Part shown: piece after piece, positions 48,733 to 59,385 of the stretch | Layout: each line of letters opens with the position of its first letter | Position numbering within the stretch: the first letter of the stretch is position 1 | The notes under the pieces: generated by a model | What the model was told of the DNA's origin: nothing | The model's database searches: none | Seen by the model: only the letters and a program-made list of their open reading frames with translations | Source: Candidatus Bathyarchaeota archaeon | GTDB taxonomy: Archaea > Thermoproteota > Bathyarchaeia > 40CM-2-53-6 | Reading direction: 5' to 3' | DNA: 64,000 bases | NCBI GenBank assembly: GCA_963733055.1 | Contig: CAVTBR010000002.1 | Coordinates: forward strand, 192,001-256,000 | Position numbers and translations under genes: made by a program

Positions 48733-49021
48733 CCTCTTTCTCAGCAAGCTCAATCAATACTTGCAACTTAATTCTTGCAATCTCCCAAGGTAAGGTGTCA
48801 AGTTCATTATCGAGAATCTGCGCCCTCACATCGCTATCCTCAGCCAGAAACTGCTTTCCCCAATTTCTTATAGCGACCAGAATCTTCTTTCGATTCTCTC
48901 CCGTGTCAATCATCCGTCGAATCTTAGCCAGATCATTGGAGGGAGCAATGACCCTCCGCACTCGCTCTCGGATAACGCTCTTACTTCGTGTCTTAGACTT
49001 CAAAACAAGACCAACAAACAA
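48716..49021 (-). CDS. Hypothetical protein
   Basis: 101-aa helical, basic ORF convergent with the integrase. Confidence 0.4.
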   Translation of the reverse strand: MFVGLVLKSKTRSKSVIRERVRRVIAPSNDLAKIRRMIDTGENRKKILVAIRNWGKQFLAEDSDVRAQILDNELDTLPWEIARIKLQVLIELAEKEVKRSR

Positions 49022-49068
49022 GTCTTGCTTTCAACCATATATCAACAATAAATAAGTCTCCCGAAAAG

Positions 49069-49803
49069 GTGTGGGAGGTAACGCCAGCGGTCTCTGACTT
49101 GAGTTACTGCCACTGGAGAGATTTTAGAAGTTACGTTGAACACTGTTTCAAAAATCAGAATAATCCGCTCTCTAAGGCTTTATGCGCACTTTTTGCTTTC
49201 TCAGGTCTGAAACTCCAAGAAACCCGGCTAACTTTAGGAGACCTCACGGAATTCACCGTCACGAATAGTCAGGTTGGTACCAGCGCAACGCCTGCCAAGA
49301 TTGTCATCAGAGACAGGTCAAATATCCCAACACATTGTAGTTTCCTCAGCAGCGAAGGATGCGCCTATCTGGCAGAATATCTTCGCTACACGTGCATCGA
49401 TACGCCGAAATACCATGACCTATACCTCGGTGCTCCGCACACGGGAAGGTTGGTCTTCAATCAGAAACTCATCGCGCGTCAAAAGCTATCGCATATTGCG
49501 AAGATTTCAAGAACATATTTTCTTATGTCACTCCTTAAAGCGCAGAGTGAAAGGAGGACTGACCTGACAATCGATGCAATCAAGTTCCTAGCCGGTTATC
49601 CGGAAGAATCCACCGTCCGCCTCTTCAACGAACCAGAAATTGACCAGATCAGGAACCAATACGCTTCAATCGAAGACGAATACTTCGCAACAAGACCCAG
49701 GGAAACGAGTGAGAAATTACCAGATTTGAGCTGGGCAATGCGTATAGCAGAAGAAGAACATGAAAGACGGACTGGCGCGCATAAGCGCTCGCTTTGTTGT
49801 TGA
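49069..49803 (+). CDS. Degenerate tyrosine-recombinase-like protein
   Basis: AFSGLKL, FLSSEGC.YL..YL, SRTYF..L..A..E and FLAGY parallel the integrase motifs but lack R, H and Y. Confidence 0.65.
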   Translation: MWEVTPAVSDLSYCHWRDFRSYVEHCFKNQNNPLSKALCALFAFSGLKLQETRLTLGDLTEFTVTNSQVGTSATPAKIVIRDRSNIPTHCSFLSSEGCAYLAEYLRYTCIDTPKYHDLYLGAPHTGRLVFNQKLIARQKLSHIAKISRTYFLMSLLKAQSERRTDLTIDAIKFLAGYPEESTVRLFNEPEIDQIRNQYASIEDEYFATRPRETSEKLPDLSWAMRIAEEEHERRTGAHKRSLCC

Positions 49804-50288
49804 AGAATTCACTTGAAAGTAGAGAGGCGAGGAGACGCAAACATACACACCGCCCCAAGAAGCACGAATGCAAGTACCCAAACCGCAGACCATATTCTAT
49901 CTGTCACCATTGGTAATACTCCGACAAGCAAGATTAGCAGGTTGAACGAATCCGCCCATGAGGGTTATCCAGAGGGTCGGTCTTTACTCTGCAATATTCA
50001 GACCTTATCTGGCTTTAATTTCGACTCATAGCATGAGTTGAAAGAGGAGTCTTTCGTTGCGCACCACGTCCTTGAAGAAATTGCTCTCCTCTCAATGTCC
50101 TCATCTTCTACAACGTGGGTGCCGACTTTCAATAGCGGTTGTGTTAATCGCTGATTATGTTCTGTTAGGTTCTCGACCTCACGGATTTGGCGTTTGGCGA
50201 TAGGAATTAGAACTCGGTCTGTGCTTTCCGAGAAATCTCCCTTCGCCGCTTTTTATACCCTCACGGGAGTAATGGTAGGTGAAAATGC

Positions 50289-51698
50289 GTGGAATTCTGG
50301 GCGACATTACCAATCTTGATAGTGGCTGTCCTTCTCATCCCTCGCTATGTGTACGGTGAATGGTACGACAAAAGAGGACTTGCTCTCGCTGCCGTAACAT
50401 GGCTCTCTCATCTTTTAATCGTCTTCACGCTGGCTGACCAATTTCCATCGGGATCGCTATGGGACTTGGCTTTCTCGCTTTCTGTTTACTCACTGATCCT
50501 TCTTACCGCTCTATTGGTTGTTTGGGTTGCCTCCAAGTTTGGTTCAATTATGCCAGCACCAGAGACCATGCGACGATACGCTCACCAAGAAGCCGCCGAA
50601 CTTTCCAAAGATATATCTGCGTCGGTCGAAAGGAATGATGAAAAGCTGAACTCGAAGCTAGACTCGCTCGTTTCACGAGTCAAAAATTGTGAACGCAACT
50701 CAGCAGATCTTATCGCAAAAATTACTTCTCTGCAATTAGCATTCAACGAACACAACAATCGGTTATCAGCGCTTGAGGAAATATCTCTTTCGAAGCCAAT
50801 TGGAGGATCTGCCATCATTTCTCCTTCAATTGCACAGCCAGAGATGGACTACACTTTGGAAGAGCGGGGGTTGTTAAAGGAGGCTGAAGTTGGTCTGAGT
50901 AAAGCATTCGTCTTTGATGCAAGCCTACTACCTGACCAGATTTTTCTCAGTGTCTCACCAGAAGAGGAGGCGTTCATGAGGATGATCCGGCAGAGTGAGA
51001 TCAATGCTCCAAACGATCTGGTTCGGCGAACTGCGGGCGGGTTGACTGGTCGTTTTTCAGGGCAAGACGTAAGAGAGATAGCGCAAGCCCTAGAGAACAG
51101 AGGACTAATCGGTTCACGTCAAACACACTTAGAACCGGGGCGAGGAGGTCGGATGGCAACGGTCTATTCTGTCAGTCCTCGTGGTCGTAGCCTCTTCGCT
51201 CTAAACTGGAAGTTTTCGAGGGACGGAGGCGAGGAACATGGAGTGATCTTCAGGGCTGGAAGAGAGAAGGCATGGGAGATCGGACATAGAGTTATCCCCC
51301 TTCTTGACTCGCCGGCTCGAGAAAACCAACCAGATGCGCTGGAAGTCGCTCCAGACACTCTACTTCAGTGGAAATGGAGTGAGGTTGCAGCTATCGAGGT
51401 TCTGTCTTCACGGAAAATAAGGAACGAACCGAGGGGAGTCTTCGTTGATGCAGCAAAAAACTTCCAATACTCCTTCAGGTTTGTGGCATTGTGGTTTCCC
51501 GCCGAACTCACCCAGAACGTCGAAAGGCAATGGTCACGACTTCCCGCATGGCTAAAACAGAGAGTAATTCTCGTTCCGTTAGAAGTAACTGCGCCTAATG
51601 ACGATGAAGATGAATTCGAGGACGCCTATCTCAATGACCAGGGCTTTCCGAATTGGTATCGTCAGCAGCTTTCGGATAACCCACGTTTGCTAACGTAG
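50289..51698 (+). CDS. Membrane protein with coiled coil, winged helix and possible PD-(D/E)xK-like C-terminus
   Basis: Three N-terminal TM helices, coiled coil, ALENRGLI...YSVSPRG wHTH, GGEEH, QPD...AIEV. Confidence 0.65.
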   Translation: MEFWATLPILIVAVLLIPRYVYGEWYDKRGLALAAVTWLSHLLIVFTLADQFPSGSLWDLAFSLSVYSLILLTALLVVWVASKFGSIMPAPETMRRYAHQEAAELSKDISASVERNDEKLNSKLDSLVSRVKNCERNSADLIAKITSLQLAFNEHNNRLSALEEISLSKPIGGSAIISPSIAQPEMDYTLEERGLLKEAEVGLSKAFVFDASLLPDQIFLSVSPEEEAFMRMIRQSEINAPNDLVRRTAGGLTGRFSGQDVREIAQALENRGLIGSRQTHLEPGRGGRMATVYSVSPRGRSLFALNWKFSRDGGEEHGVIFRAGREKAWEIGHRVIPLLDSPARENQPDALEVAPDTLLQWKWSEVAAIEVLSSRKIRNEPRGVFVDAAKNFQYSFRFVALWFPAELTQNVERQWSRLPAWLKQRVILVPLEVTAPNDDEDEFEDAYLNDQGFPNWYRQQLSDNPRLLT

Positions 51699-52324
51699 CT
51701 CCGAACATGCGAAGCGATGTTCGGAGCATGAAAATTGACCTTCAACCAACAACCGCCAACGCACCCAACATAATCAAGGTCATAAATGATATAGTCAATA
51801 ATGGAATTGAGTGTCGGTTGAGCTAATCTCGCCGCTCGTCTTACTTGAGAGGGCATCATTCGAATTCTGCCCTTGCGAAAATTACTTCATTTTATGAAGT
51901 TGCACTTTTTTTCCGCTCACAACGAAGTGACACGTTTCGGTTGCGCATACGGTAAAAAAGCCTAAGAGGAGTCCCGACAGATCCTCTAAGTGAGAGAATC
52001 ATTACCTTTCGAAATGATTCTGACCGTGGACGCTGACACCAAAGGGAATACCAGGGGGTTCATGGTATCAATTACCTCATCCCTACTCATCAGGTTGAAG
52101 CTATGGTAGATTTCTGATATGCACTGTTCGATATGATACCGTTTGACTGTTTTTGTATTGGTTGTTTCTTGTTGTACCGCCTTGATCGGTACGTATCAAC
52201 GACTGACATGCGACTTATTGCCTCCCCCGATCTTCGAGATTCTGTTGAAATTGAAATGGGAATTATGTGTGTGTCCAGGGGGAGACGAATGGCTTACTGT
52301 AAACATTGGCTATTCCTAACGCTC

Positions 52325-52774
52325 TCAGGCGCTTCCGATGACAACCTGCCCATACGGTGTAGTGATAACGGCTTGGACGCTGTGTCCTGCCCCGTTAGCA
52401 GGAAAGTTGACAGAAATCTCAGTTGTGACGGAGTTGCCTGCTGTGATAACCGCTTGAGAAGATAGAGTATTGCCGGAAACTTGCGCTCCTGTGTTATCGA
52501 CCACGCTGATTGTCAGTTGAGTCAATGTAACGTCGAAACTGTTACCGTTCGTAATCTTTACTTCGTACAAGGCTTCCAAGGTTCCCACGTTATAACTCGC
52601 CTGCCAGTGGACAATCTTGATAGCGGCTCCCGCATTTGCGAGGTTTTGTAGAGAGGACGCCTGATAGTAGAAATATCCCAAACCTCCAAGTGACACCGCA
52701 AGAAGGATAATCAAGACCAAGACAATCGGCGTCACGACAATCCTAGATTTACCACGCATGTTCCGGTTTGTCAT
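52325..52774 (-). CDS. Membrane-anchored LEA-2/FxLYD-like beta-sandwich protein
   Basis: N-terminal TM helix, ITNGNSFDVTL, ITAGNS. Confidence 0.65.
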   Translation of the reverse strand: MTNRNMRGKSRIVVTPIVLVLIILLAVSLGGLGYFYYQASSLQNLANAGAAIKIVHWQASYNVGTLEALYEVKITNGNSFDVTLTQLTISVVDNTGAQVSGNTLSSQAVITAGNSVTTEISVNFPANGAGHSVQAVITTPYGQVVIGSA

Positions 52775-52882
52775 GATTTTCTCATGAGAAATTCCTCGTA
52801 TTTAACACCTAATGCATCAAAGAGCATGAAAAATACAAAGTCTTAAGCACCGTGAAACCGTCCTCCTAGTTCGGCTTTTGGC

Positions 52883-53545
52883 TTGAAAACCGCAATCATT
52901 AGTTCGATTATCGTTTTCGTCATCGCATTAGTTCTTCTAACTGCACCTTGGTACCCAGCCGTGACGAGTCGGAATGTGGCTGAGTCTTTCACGTACACAT
53001 ACCAAGTCCCAACCGTGACTTACCAATCCCAGAATGTTTACACGCTGGCGCAACCGATAACTCTCCAAGGATTCTTTCAAAGCGGGGCGACTGCCAGTCA
53101 AGTTTACCAAGACTTAGGAGATGTTGCGCTTCAAGCTAACTCGTCAGTGGCAGTAGAGGTTAATCAATGCCAAAACTGCGACCTAGGTATATCGAAGGAT
53201 TTCGGCGATAAGGCAACTGTTTACTCTGTCTCGGGCTCTTCTTCCTTTGGAGACTTCATAGTTCCAGTCTCAGGTCAATACAGAATAGAGGTAGATAACC
53301 TTGGAACTACACCAGATGTAGTAAGCTCGATTGTGATAACCGAGAAGGTAGCGCAAGCTAGTATGCAGACGGAATTGGGTTACAACACCATAACGGTTGC
53401 TCGATACTCGGTGGTTGCGCTCGCTCCCAATCTAGTTCTTGGGCTCCTACCCTCTCTGATTATTCTCGGTGCGATCGTTCTTGTTGTGGCGATCTTGGTT
53501 CTCTTCGACAGAGGAATAATTATCATGGATTCCCGTCGCCGGTAA
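52883..53545 (+). CDS. Hypothetical membrane protein with extracellular beta domain
   Basis: N- and C-terminal TM helices, FIVPVSGQYRIEVDN. Confidence 0.7.
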   Translation: MKTAIISSIIVFVIALVLLTAPWYPAVTSRNVAESFTYTYQVPTVTYQSQNVYTLAQPITLQGFFQSGATASQVYQDLGDVALQANSSVAVEVNQCQNCDLGISKDFGDKATVYSVSGSSSFGDFIVPVSGQYRIEVDNLGTTPDVVSSIVITEKVAQASMQTELGYNTITVARYSVVALAPNLVLGLLPSLIILGAIVLVVAILVLFDRGIIIMDSRRR

Positions 53546-53555
53546 GGAGTTCTCT

Positions 53556-54158
53556 TTGTCCGGTCCGACAGAAATCAAGTCAAGAGGAAGAACCCATCCA
53601 TTCAAGGTTCGCCAGGCAAAGGTTCAAGATGCCAACAAGTATTTCGTTAGACTTCGCAGCAAAGATTTCAACGTCATTCTAAAGGGGGAAGGCGTGCAAA
53701 ATGTCGAAAACGTCCGGGATGCACCAGTTTGCATTCAATCGAAGGAATACCAACGATCACGTGTAGTATTGGCTAAGCGACCTCTTCACACGAAAAGTCA
53801 AGACGATCTGGACCCTGGGCAAATACGCCTCAATTGGGATCTTAGAAAAGACTTGGGGAACTTGGCGCTTGGTTCAAAGGTAGAAGTTAAGTCGCTCCTC
53901 TCCTCTTGCTCTCTCCTCTCATGTTACGGAAAATGCAGGCTCGCATGGAACCACCTCAGGCACTGCCCCATCGCCGCACACAGGTTGTTTCCGACGTTGC
54001 TCTGGGTAGTTGTGCCAACGATGCTGACATATCTCACTGTATCTGTCTTTGTGCCTTGCCTCAAGTCGCTGATGGTAGCGTTAGCGTTAGTATTCACGGT
54101 AATTGCTGTTCCTTACTCTAGCTATACTACCGTCACATCAGAATCGGGGGCAGTTTGA
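53556..54158 (+). CDS. Hypothetical protein with two C-terminal TM helices
   Basis: 200-aa ORF co-oriented with the previous gene. Confidence 0.55.
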   Translation: MSGPTEIKSRGRTHPFKVRQAKVQDANKYFVRLRSKDFNVILKGEGVQNVENVRDAPVCIQSKEYQRSRVVLAKRPLHTKSQDDLDPGQIRLNWDLRKDLGNLALGSKVEVKSLLSSCSLLSCYGKCRLAWNHLRHCPIAAHRLFPTLLWVVVPTMLTYLTVSVFVPCLKSLMVALALVFTVIAVPYSSYTTVTSESGAV

Positions 54159-54271
54159 CTTGTCTAGCCCAGACACGAAAGAAATGGGGTTCACATTACC
54201 AGACGGCTTGCGATTTACAAAACAGGCGTAGCAAAAATAGACTTGAGCTGAGCGCATTCTAGCATAAGCAG

Positions 54272-54586
54272 CTAAGCCGTGGTTTGCCCAACTGGTGGTG
54301 GGTGAAATATGTTACACGTGGTACAAAGCCACGCAACGCCTTGAGCTCTTTCAGGGTGATTCTTATTGTCGAGTTTGCCTTCCGGTCCCCGGAAGTCATG
54401 GTATAACTCACATTCCTTTCTGAAGGCATCTTCAGGAGAAGATGCGTATTCGAACTTAAACCGACCATATCCGCCAATGTGTTCCTTCAGTCGAGTCCTC
54501 ACATCAACATCAGCCCGACCGACACAGCGAACGTAGAAAGTCTTGCCCTCCTTGCGTCCGAGAACATATACTCCAGGAATTCGTAT
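54272..54586 (-). pseudogene. Small GIY-YIG nuclease family gene, 5' end disrupted
   Basis: Frame extends upstream of the listed ORF as PGVYVLG...FYVRCVGRAD..VRTRLKEH...AFRKECELYH...LDNKNHP; in-frame TGA just upstream. Confidence 0.6.
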
Positions 54587-54822
54587 TCAGTTTGGGGACC
54601 CACGGTTCCTTTGTGGATTTCCAAGACTCCTTTTGAATTAATCAAATTCAGTGTAACGTCACATCCCGATTGCAGGGAAGGGGATTCACAACATCGTGTG
54701 CGAATGCCTTGAATGTCATAGTGAAATTCATTGGTACCCGCTCAGTAATGGGGCAATAGTCAACACTTTTCGGTTTTGCGTTTTGAATCGAAAGCCAATG
54801 TTAAGGCAGAAATATCCCTTCA

Positions 54823-55233
54823 TTGCACAATCAAGAAATAATGAAGCCCAGATTACCAAAGAAGCGTCCTTCGAAAACTTTCAGAGAAATACTTCGGAAG
54901 TGGAAAATTGTTTGGGAGTTGCTTACAATCATTACCACTTTGGAAGGAGTAGCCAGCTTTGTTGACAGTGTGTTAGCATGGTTAAGCCCAGTTCATACTT
55001 CAATTATTCCTCCGACATCGACTCCGATTTCTTCACCAACAACTATCTTTACTACCATATTTGCAAACACTAGTACTACGTTTGCCCAAACTACACCGGT
55101 AACATACTTCTTCCCATACTACCCAAACTACCCAGTACACTACGTACACGCAGTAGCGGTAATTCCATACGAATTGAGCTTCCCCCTAGCACTGCTTTTC
55201 GGCATTCTGTGGTTCAAATCCCGGAGGGCTTGA
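54823..55233 (+). CDS. Hypothetical two-TM protein with Thr/Pro-rich linker
   Basis: Basic N-terminus, TM helix, T/P-rich segment, TM helix. Confidence 0.5.
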   Translation: MHNQEIMKPRLPKKRPSKTFREILRKWKIVWELLTIITTLEGVASFVDSVLAWLSPVHTSIIPPTSTPISSPTTIFTTIFANTSTTFAQTTPVTYFFPYYPNYPVHYVHAVAVIPYELSFPLALLFGILWFKSRRA

Positions 55234-55275
55234 AAGGAGCAGATTAGTCCGATGCCCCACCATAAGTAGCTCTGC

Positions 55276-55995
55276 CTAACCTTTGTTGAAGCACAACTGA
55301 CTTTCAATCTTGCATAGGTCTTCGAGGAAGGGCGTAATGTCATTCCCGAAACATATAGCTCCATTCATTGCAGTTAGCACATAACAGACTAGCTTTTCAT
55401 AATTACGCTCAATCTGACATGGGATGCTCTGTTCAGGTACGGTATAGCGTCCCAGCAGAGTGAAACAATTCGCATACCCGAAACAGACCGTAGGTTCTTC
55501 TTTTGAATAGACTATGACTGGTACTCTCCTGATATTGTACCTCCTTTTTCGTTTCGGCTTTTTCTCTGTCTCTCCTTCTTCCTTGTCAGCCTTGATCACT
55601 CTGTACGATTCATCTAGAACTCCTTCGAATCGAAGAAAAGCAGGTAGGTCGGCTACTGGCACACTATGTATGATTCCTTCCACAGGTTCAGGGGATTCAG
55701 AGCCATTTGTCTGTTTAAGCTCATGAAGAGCATAAGCAAGTCCTCTCCTGCTTGATTTATTGTCCAGCCTTCTTTCGTAACCGCTTAGAGTACTTCTCAG
55801 GGCACAAAGCAAAGACAGGTTAGAACCATATTCCTTAATCTTGGATTCGAAATCTGGGCGGTAGAGATTGCTCCCATAACTGAACCAAGTTGAAATTGGG
55901 TTGACTTCCTCAGCTCGAATATTTTCTTCTTTAAACTCCCTTTGCAAGCATTCCAAAAAGGGACGAAATTCTACCATATCCATCGGGAAATTCAA
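55276..55995 (-). CDS. Gamma-glutamylcyclotransferase (GGCT)-like protein
   Basis: WFSYGSNL, VEGIIH, FLRFEGV....Y. Confidence 0.65.
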   Translation of the reverse strand: MNFPMDMVEFRPFLECLQREFKEENIRAEEVNPISTWFSYGSNLYRPDFESKIKEYGSNLSLLCALRSTLSGYERRLDNKSSRRGLAYALHELKQTNGSESPEPVEGIIHSVPVADLPAFLRFEGVLDESYRVIKADKEEGETEKKPKRKRRYNIRRVPVIVYSKEEPTVCFGYANCFTLLGRYTVPEQSIPCQIERNYEKLVCYVLTAMNGAICFGNDITPFLEDLCKIESQLCFNKG

Positions 55996-56062
55996 CGACT
56001 CTTTATGAAACTATGCTAATAGATCAAATATTCAATAAACGAAACTCTTATCGGCGATACAT

Positions 56063-57397
56063 CTATTTTTGCGGTTTGTGCTCTTGGCAGTAGAAAGTCT
56101 TTGAAATAATGCCCTTTGAAGTCGCACAGCTAGTGCATAAGGGCTTTGAACAAATCGAGCAAGTCCTCGTATGAGACTCACATGCAATAGCCCCACAGTT
56201 TTCACAGACCACCACAGGTCTATCAGAACACAACTGGCACTTACTGGTCTGATCAAGCATTAACTCACCAGTCGAAGCCAAGCAAGTTCTAGTGTATGCA
56301 AAGTTTCGGAACTTGTACGTCCCTGTCAGAAGAGGAATCTTGACCGGTTCAACATTGAGGATTTCGACATCCTTCTTCTTGGGATTGAGGAGTTTTGAAC
56401 GTGTTGTTGGGATCGGTATTCTCGCTATACGTACTCCTGAGGACACATGGTAGGAATATTCGCTTGAAAGACCCTTAACGAGTTCAACCTTGGCGATGGC
56501 TTTGGCACGCCCCGAGTCTATCCGAGCTCGGCTCGTTGAAACTGGCAGGTCATGTGGCAAACTCGCCGCTGTGACGGTCTGAGTTTGCATCCCTCTACAC
56601 CCAGCGTAGGCCCCGTGACTAGGCAAATCAGCTTCCTGTCCGGCTGATGTTGCTGAATCAACGACTCGTCCGTCAACAGCATCTATTGTCAGGGTTCCTT
56701 TGCTTTCCATTATCGTCGAATCACCTCTGACTGTGAACTGAGAGAAGCAATGGTAATCAAGGAAATAATAGGGTCTGAAGTCGAGTTCCTTCGATTCGGA
56801 GAAGACACTATAGTTTTTCAGATGTTTTGGAGCAATCATATCAATTGAGTCGGGATTGACCGGAAGAGCATCATGGATTATGTCTCTTTCCGGTGTCTCC
56901 TGTCTTGAAATCTTTTCCTCTAACGCCTTCTCGTCCCAAAGCTCAATATTTACTGAAGCGGCATCTGCCTCCGCATCTGTCGTGAATCCCCCAGTTGAAA
57001 CAAAGATGCCTTTGGTTATTCCTAGAGCCGACAGCTTGTCGTTGAAGTTCCTGATCTCTTTGATGTCTATCCGAGACCGAACATTCTTGCATTCAACAGC
57101 GATCTGTATTATTCCAAAATCCTCTCTCTTCGCTGCCAAGACATCTATTTCGTGATAAACATCTCTGCGGTCTCTCATTTTGGTTCTTATCTGAACGTCG
57201 TAACCCTTGCTCCGAAAGTAGCCTGCAACAGAATCTTCGAGTTCTCCGCCTTTCTCCTTCATGGAAATCTGTTTGGTAGCTGGAGAGGGATCCCTAGCTG
57301 CCTTCAGTTTAGTTCCACAGCTAGGGCAAAAGAATAAGCTGGAATCGACCTTTGCTCCACAGCTAGAACAAAAAGGCAAGTGCACCCTTCCAGCCAT
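56063..57397 (-). CDS. Mrr-type restriction-endonuclease domain protein with N-terminal zinc ribbon and C-terminal Cys-rich fingers
   Basis: FCSSCG..FCPSCG, EIDVLA...AVECKN, GIFVSTGGFT, C-terminal CxxC clusters. Confidence 0.85.
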   Translation of the reverse strand: MAGRVHLPFCSSCGAKVDSSLFFCPSCGTKLKAARDPSPATKQISMKEKGGELEDSVAGYFRSKGYDVQIRTKMRDRRDVYHEIDVLAAKREDFGIIQIAVECKNVRSRIDIKEIRNFNDKLSALGITKGIFVSTGGFTTDAEADAASVNIELWDEKALEEKISRQETPERDIIHDALPVNPDSIDMIAPKHLKNYSVFSESKELDFRPYYFLDYHCFSQFTVRGDSTIMESKGTLTIDAVDGRVVDSATSAGQEADLPSHGAYAGCRGMQTQTVTAASLPHDLPVSTSRARIDSGRAKAIAKVELVKGLSSEYSYHVSSGVRIARIPIPTTRSKLLNPKKKDVEILNVEPVKIPLLTGTYKFRNFAYTRTCLASTGELMLDQTSKCQLCSDRPVVVCENCGAIACESHTRTCSICSKPLCTSCATSKGIISKTFYCQEHKPQK

Positions 57398-57467
57398 TAC
57401 AGGAGATAGGTAATGTTAGAACTGCTAGGCTTTTCGACCACTACTCTCCTTGAGACAGTTTTCATAC

Positions 57468-59039
57468 TTATCGCCATTCGGGACGCTCTTTCATGATCTT
57501 TTCGTACGCCTTCTGAATTGCGTCAAATACGTGGGCTGAGTTAGGGTTTCTGCTCATGTCTGGATGGTATATGGTTGCGAGTCTAAGTTTCGCCTTTTTC
57601 ACTTCATCGTAGCTGGCTGTTGGCGAAACTCCGAGTAAGACATAAGCGTCCATGCCTTCGAGCGATTCCTTACTCAACTCTGTCAGACGCTGCTCATATG
57701 TCAGCCTTAAGCGATCGGTGCGCTCCTCCGCTTCTTGTACCCGGTGTTCCATTTCCCTAATCCTTCGAACAGTGTCATCAGTCTTCTTCAACCCTCTCAA
57801 GTTTCTCAGACGCTGCTCATTCAGCCTTACCCGTTCCGTACTCTCTTTTACCCTGCGTTCAAATCCTTCTAGCTGGCTTTGCATTTTCTTAATCCTTCGA
57901 GTGGTGTCATCAAAGTTCAAACTCTTCATATATTTGAGTACGATCCGCTTATGGTTACGATAATCCGGATCGTTAGGGTTAAGCTGAATTGCGGCATCTA
58001 ACTCCTTTAGCGCCTCCTCAAACCTGTTCAACCCACCGAGTGCAGCCCCCTTACTGTCATGGAACTTTGGTTCGTCGGGGTCAAGTCGGATTGCTATACT
58101 CAACTCCTTGACAGCTTCAGCAAATCTCTCCAACCCAATGAGTTCCCCCGCCTTATTGTGATGATGAATTGGTTCGTCGGGGTCAAGTCGTATCGCTATG
58201 TCGAACTCTTTGAGAGCCTCCTCAGATCGATTCAACCCACCAAGTGCAGTCCCCTTCTTGCTATGGGGCGTTGGATTGTCCGTGTCAAGTCGAATGGCTA
58301 TATCGTACTCCTTAACAGCTTTAGCGAACTTTCCAAGCTCATTGAGCGTGTGCCCCTTATTGATGTGATGAGCCGGATCGTCGGGGTCAAGTCGTATCGC
58401 TATGTCGAACTCTTTGAGAGCCTCCTCCAACCTGTTCAACCCGACAAGTGTAGCGCCCTTGTTGTTATGATAAACCGGATCGTTAGGGCTAAGTCGGATT
58501 GCTTTATCGTACTCCTTCACAGCCTCCTCTAGCTTGCCCGACTCACGGAGTGTATTCCCCTTAGCACTATGCCGGATTGGATTGTGGGGGTCGAGTTTGA
58601 TTGCCATATCGTACTCCTTGACAGCTTTGGCAGTCTTTCCCAGCTCATCGAGTGCATCCCCCTTACTGTGATGATAATCCGGATCCGGATTGTTGCGATC
58701 AAGTTTGAGTGCGATATCGTATTCCGTAGTAGCCTCACCGAACCTCTTCAACCCATCGAGTGCAATCCCTTTATTGTAATGATAATCCGGTTTGTTGGGG
58801 TTAAGTCGGATAGCAGCATCATACTCCCTGACTGCGTAGTCAAGTCTGTTCAATTTACGGAGTGCGTCCCCCTTGTCCTTATGATAGATTGGATTGTGTA
58901 GGTCGAGTCGGATTGCGATATCGTATTCCGTGATAGCTTCCTCAAACTTTTCCCGATAGAAGAGGTCGTCCCCCTTGTTCTTGTGATAGCCCGGATCGTC
59001 TACATCTTTCGAAAGTGCATCTTTCAAACTGATCCACAT
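57468..59039 (-). CDS. Tetratricopeptide-repeat protein with C-terminal DnaJ domain
   Basis: About 10 TPR units (EA.KEYD.AIRL.P), coiled coil, YVLLGV...YHPD J-domain. Confidence 0.9.
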   Translation of the reverse strand: MWISLKDALSKDVDDPGYHKNKGDDLFYREKFEEAITEYDIAIRLDLHNPIYHKDKGDALRKLNRLDYAVREYDAAIRLNPNKPDYHYNKGIALDGLKRFGEATTEYDIALKLDRNNPDPDYHHSKGDALDELGKTAKAVKEYDMAIKLDPHNPIRHSAKGNTLRESGKLEEAVKEYDKAIRLSPNDPVYHNNKGATLVGLNRLEEALKEFDIAIRLDPDDPAHHINKGHTLNELGKFAKAVKEYDIAIRLDTDNPTPHSKKGTALGGLNRSEEALKEFDIAIRLDPDEPIHHHNKAGELIGLERFAEAVKELSIAIRLDPDEPKFHDSKGAALGGLNRFEEALKELDAAIQLNPNDPDYRNHKRIVLKYMKSLNFDDTTRRIKKMQSQLEGFERRVKESTERVRLNEQRLRNLRGLKKTDDTVRRIREMEHRVQEAEERTDRLRLTYEQRLTELSKESLEGMDAYVLLGVSPTASYDEVKKAKLRLATIYHPDMSRNPNSAHVFDAIQKAYEKIMKERPEWR

Positions 59040-59385
59040 GCCTTCGAGTCAGATATATTGTACTTGGCTATCCCTTGGAATTCTTTGTGGTCGCTGAGTG
59101 ACCAGTCTATGAGCCAAGTTCTTTCGTTTTCTTTGTGTGGTTTTCGACACGGTCTCACGATGTGCCAAAAGGTTCGTAAGCCGAAATCCAAAATTAGCCG
59201 ATCAGCCAAAGCCAACGTAAGAATGATGAATCCTTTAATGTTCAACACCTCAGCCAGCAGGTAGCCGCAATCAGTGATTCGTTTTCTGTCATTTACTGTT
59301 GAAGTTTCCAGTGAGGCTGGAGGATTGAGACACGAACGCCTCGAAATAACACGATATGGAAGCAACTCACTTGATGCAACAAGCT

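Noticed and set aside
57950-58990. ~102-bp DNA repeats as a non-coding array
   Set aside because: They are the in-frame 34-aa TPR units of the TPR-DnaJ gene
59024-59365. 113-aa ORF as a separate gene or frameshifted N-terminus of the TPR-DnaJ protein
   Set aside because: No recognisable domain; cannot be decided from the sequence alone
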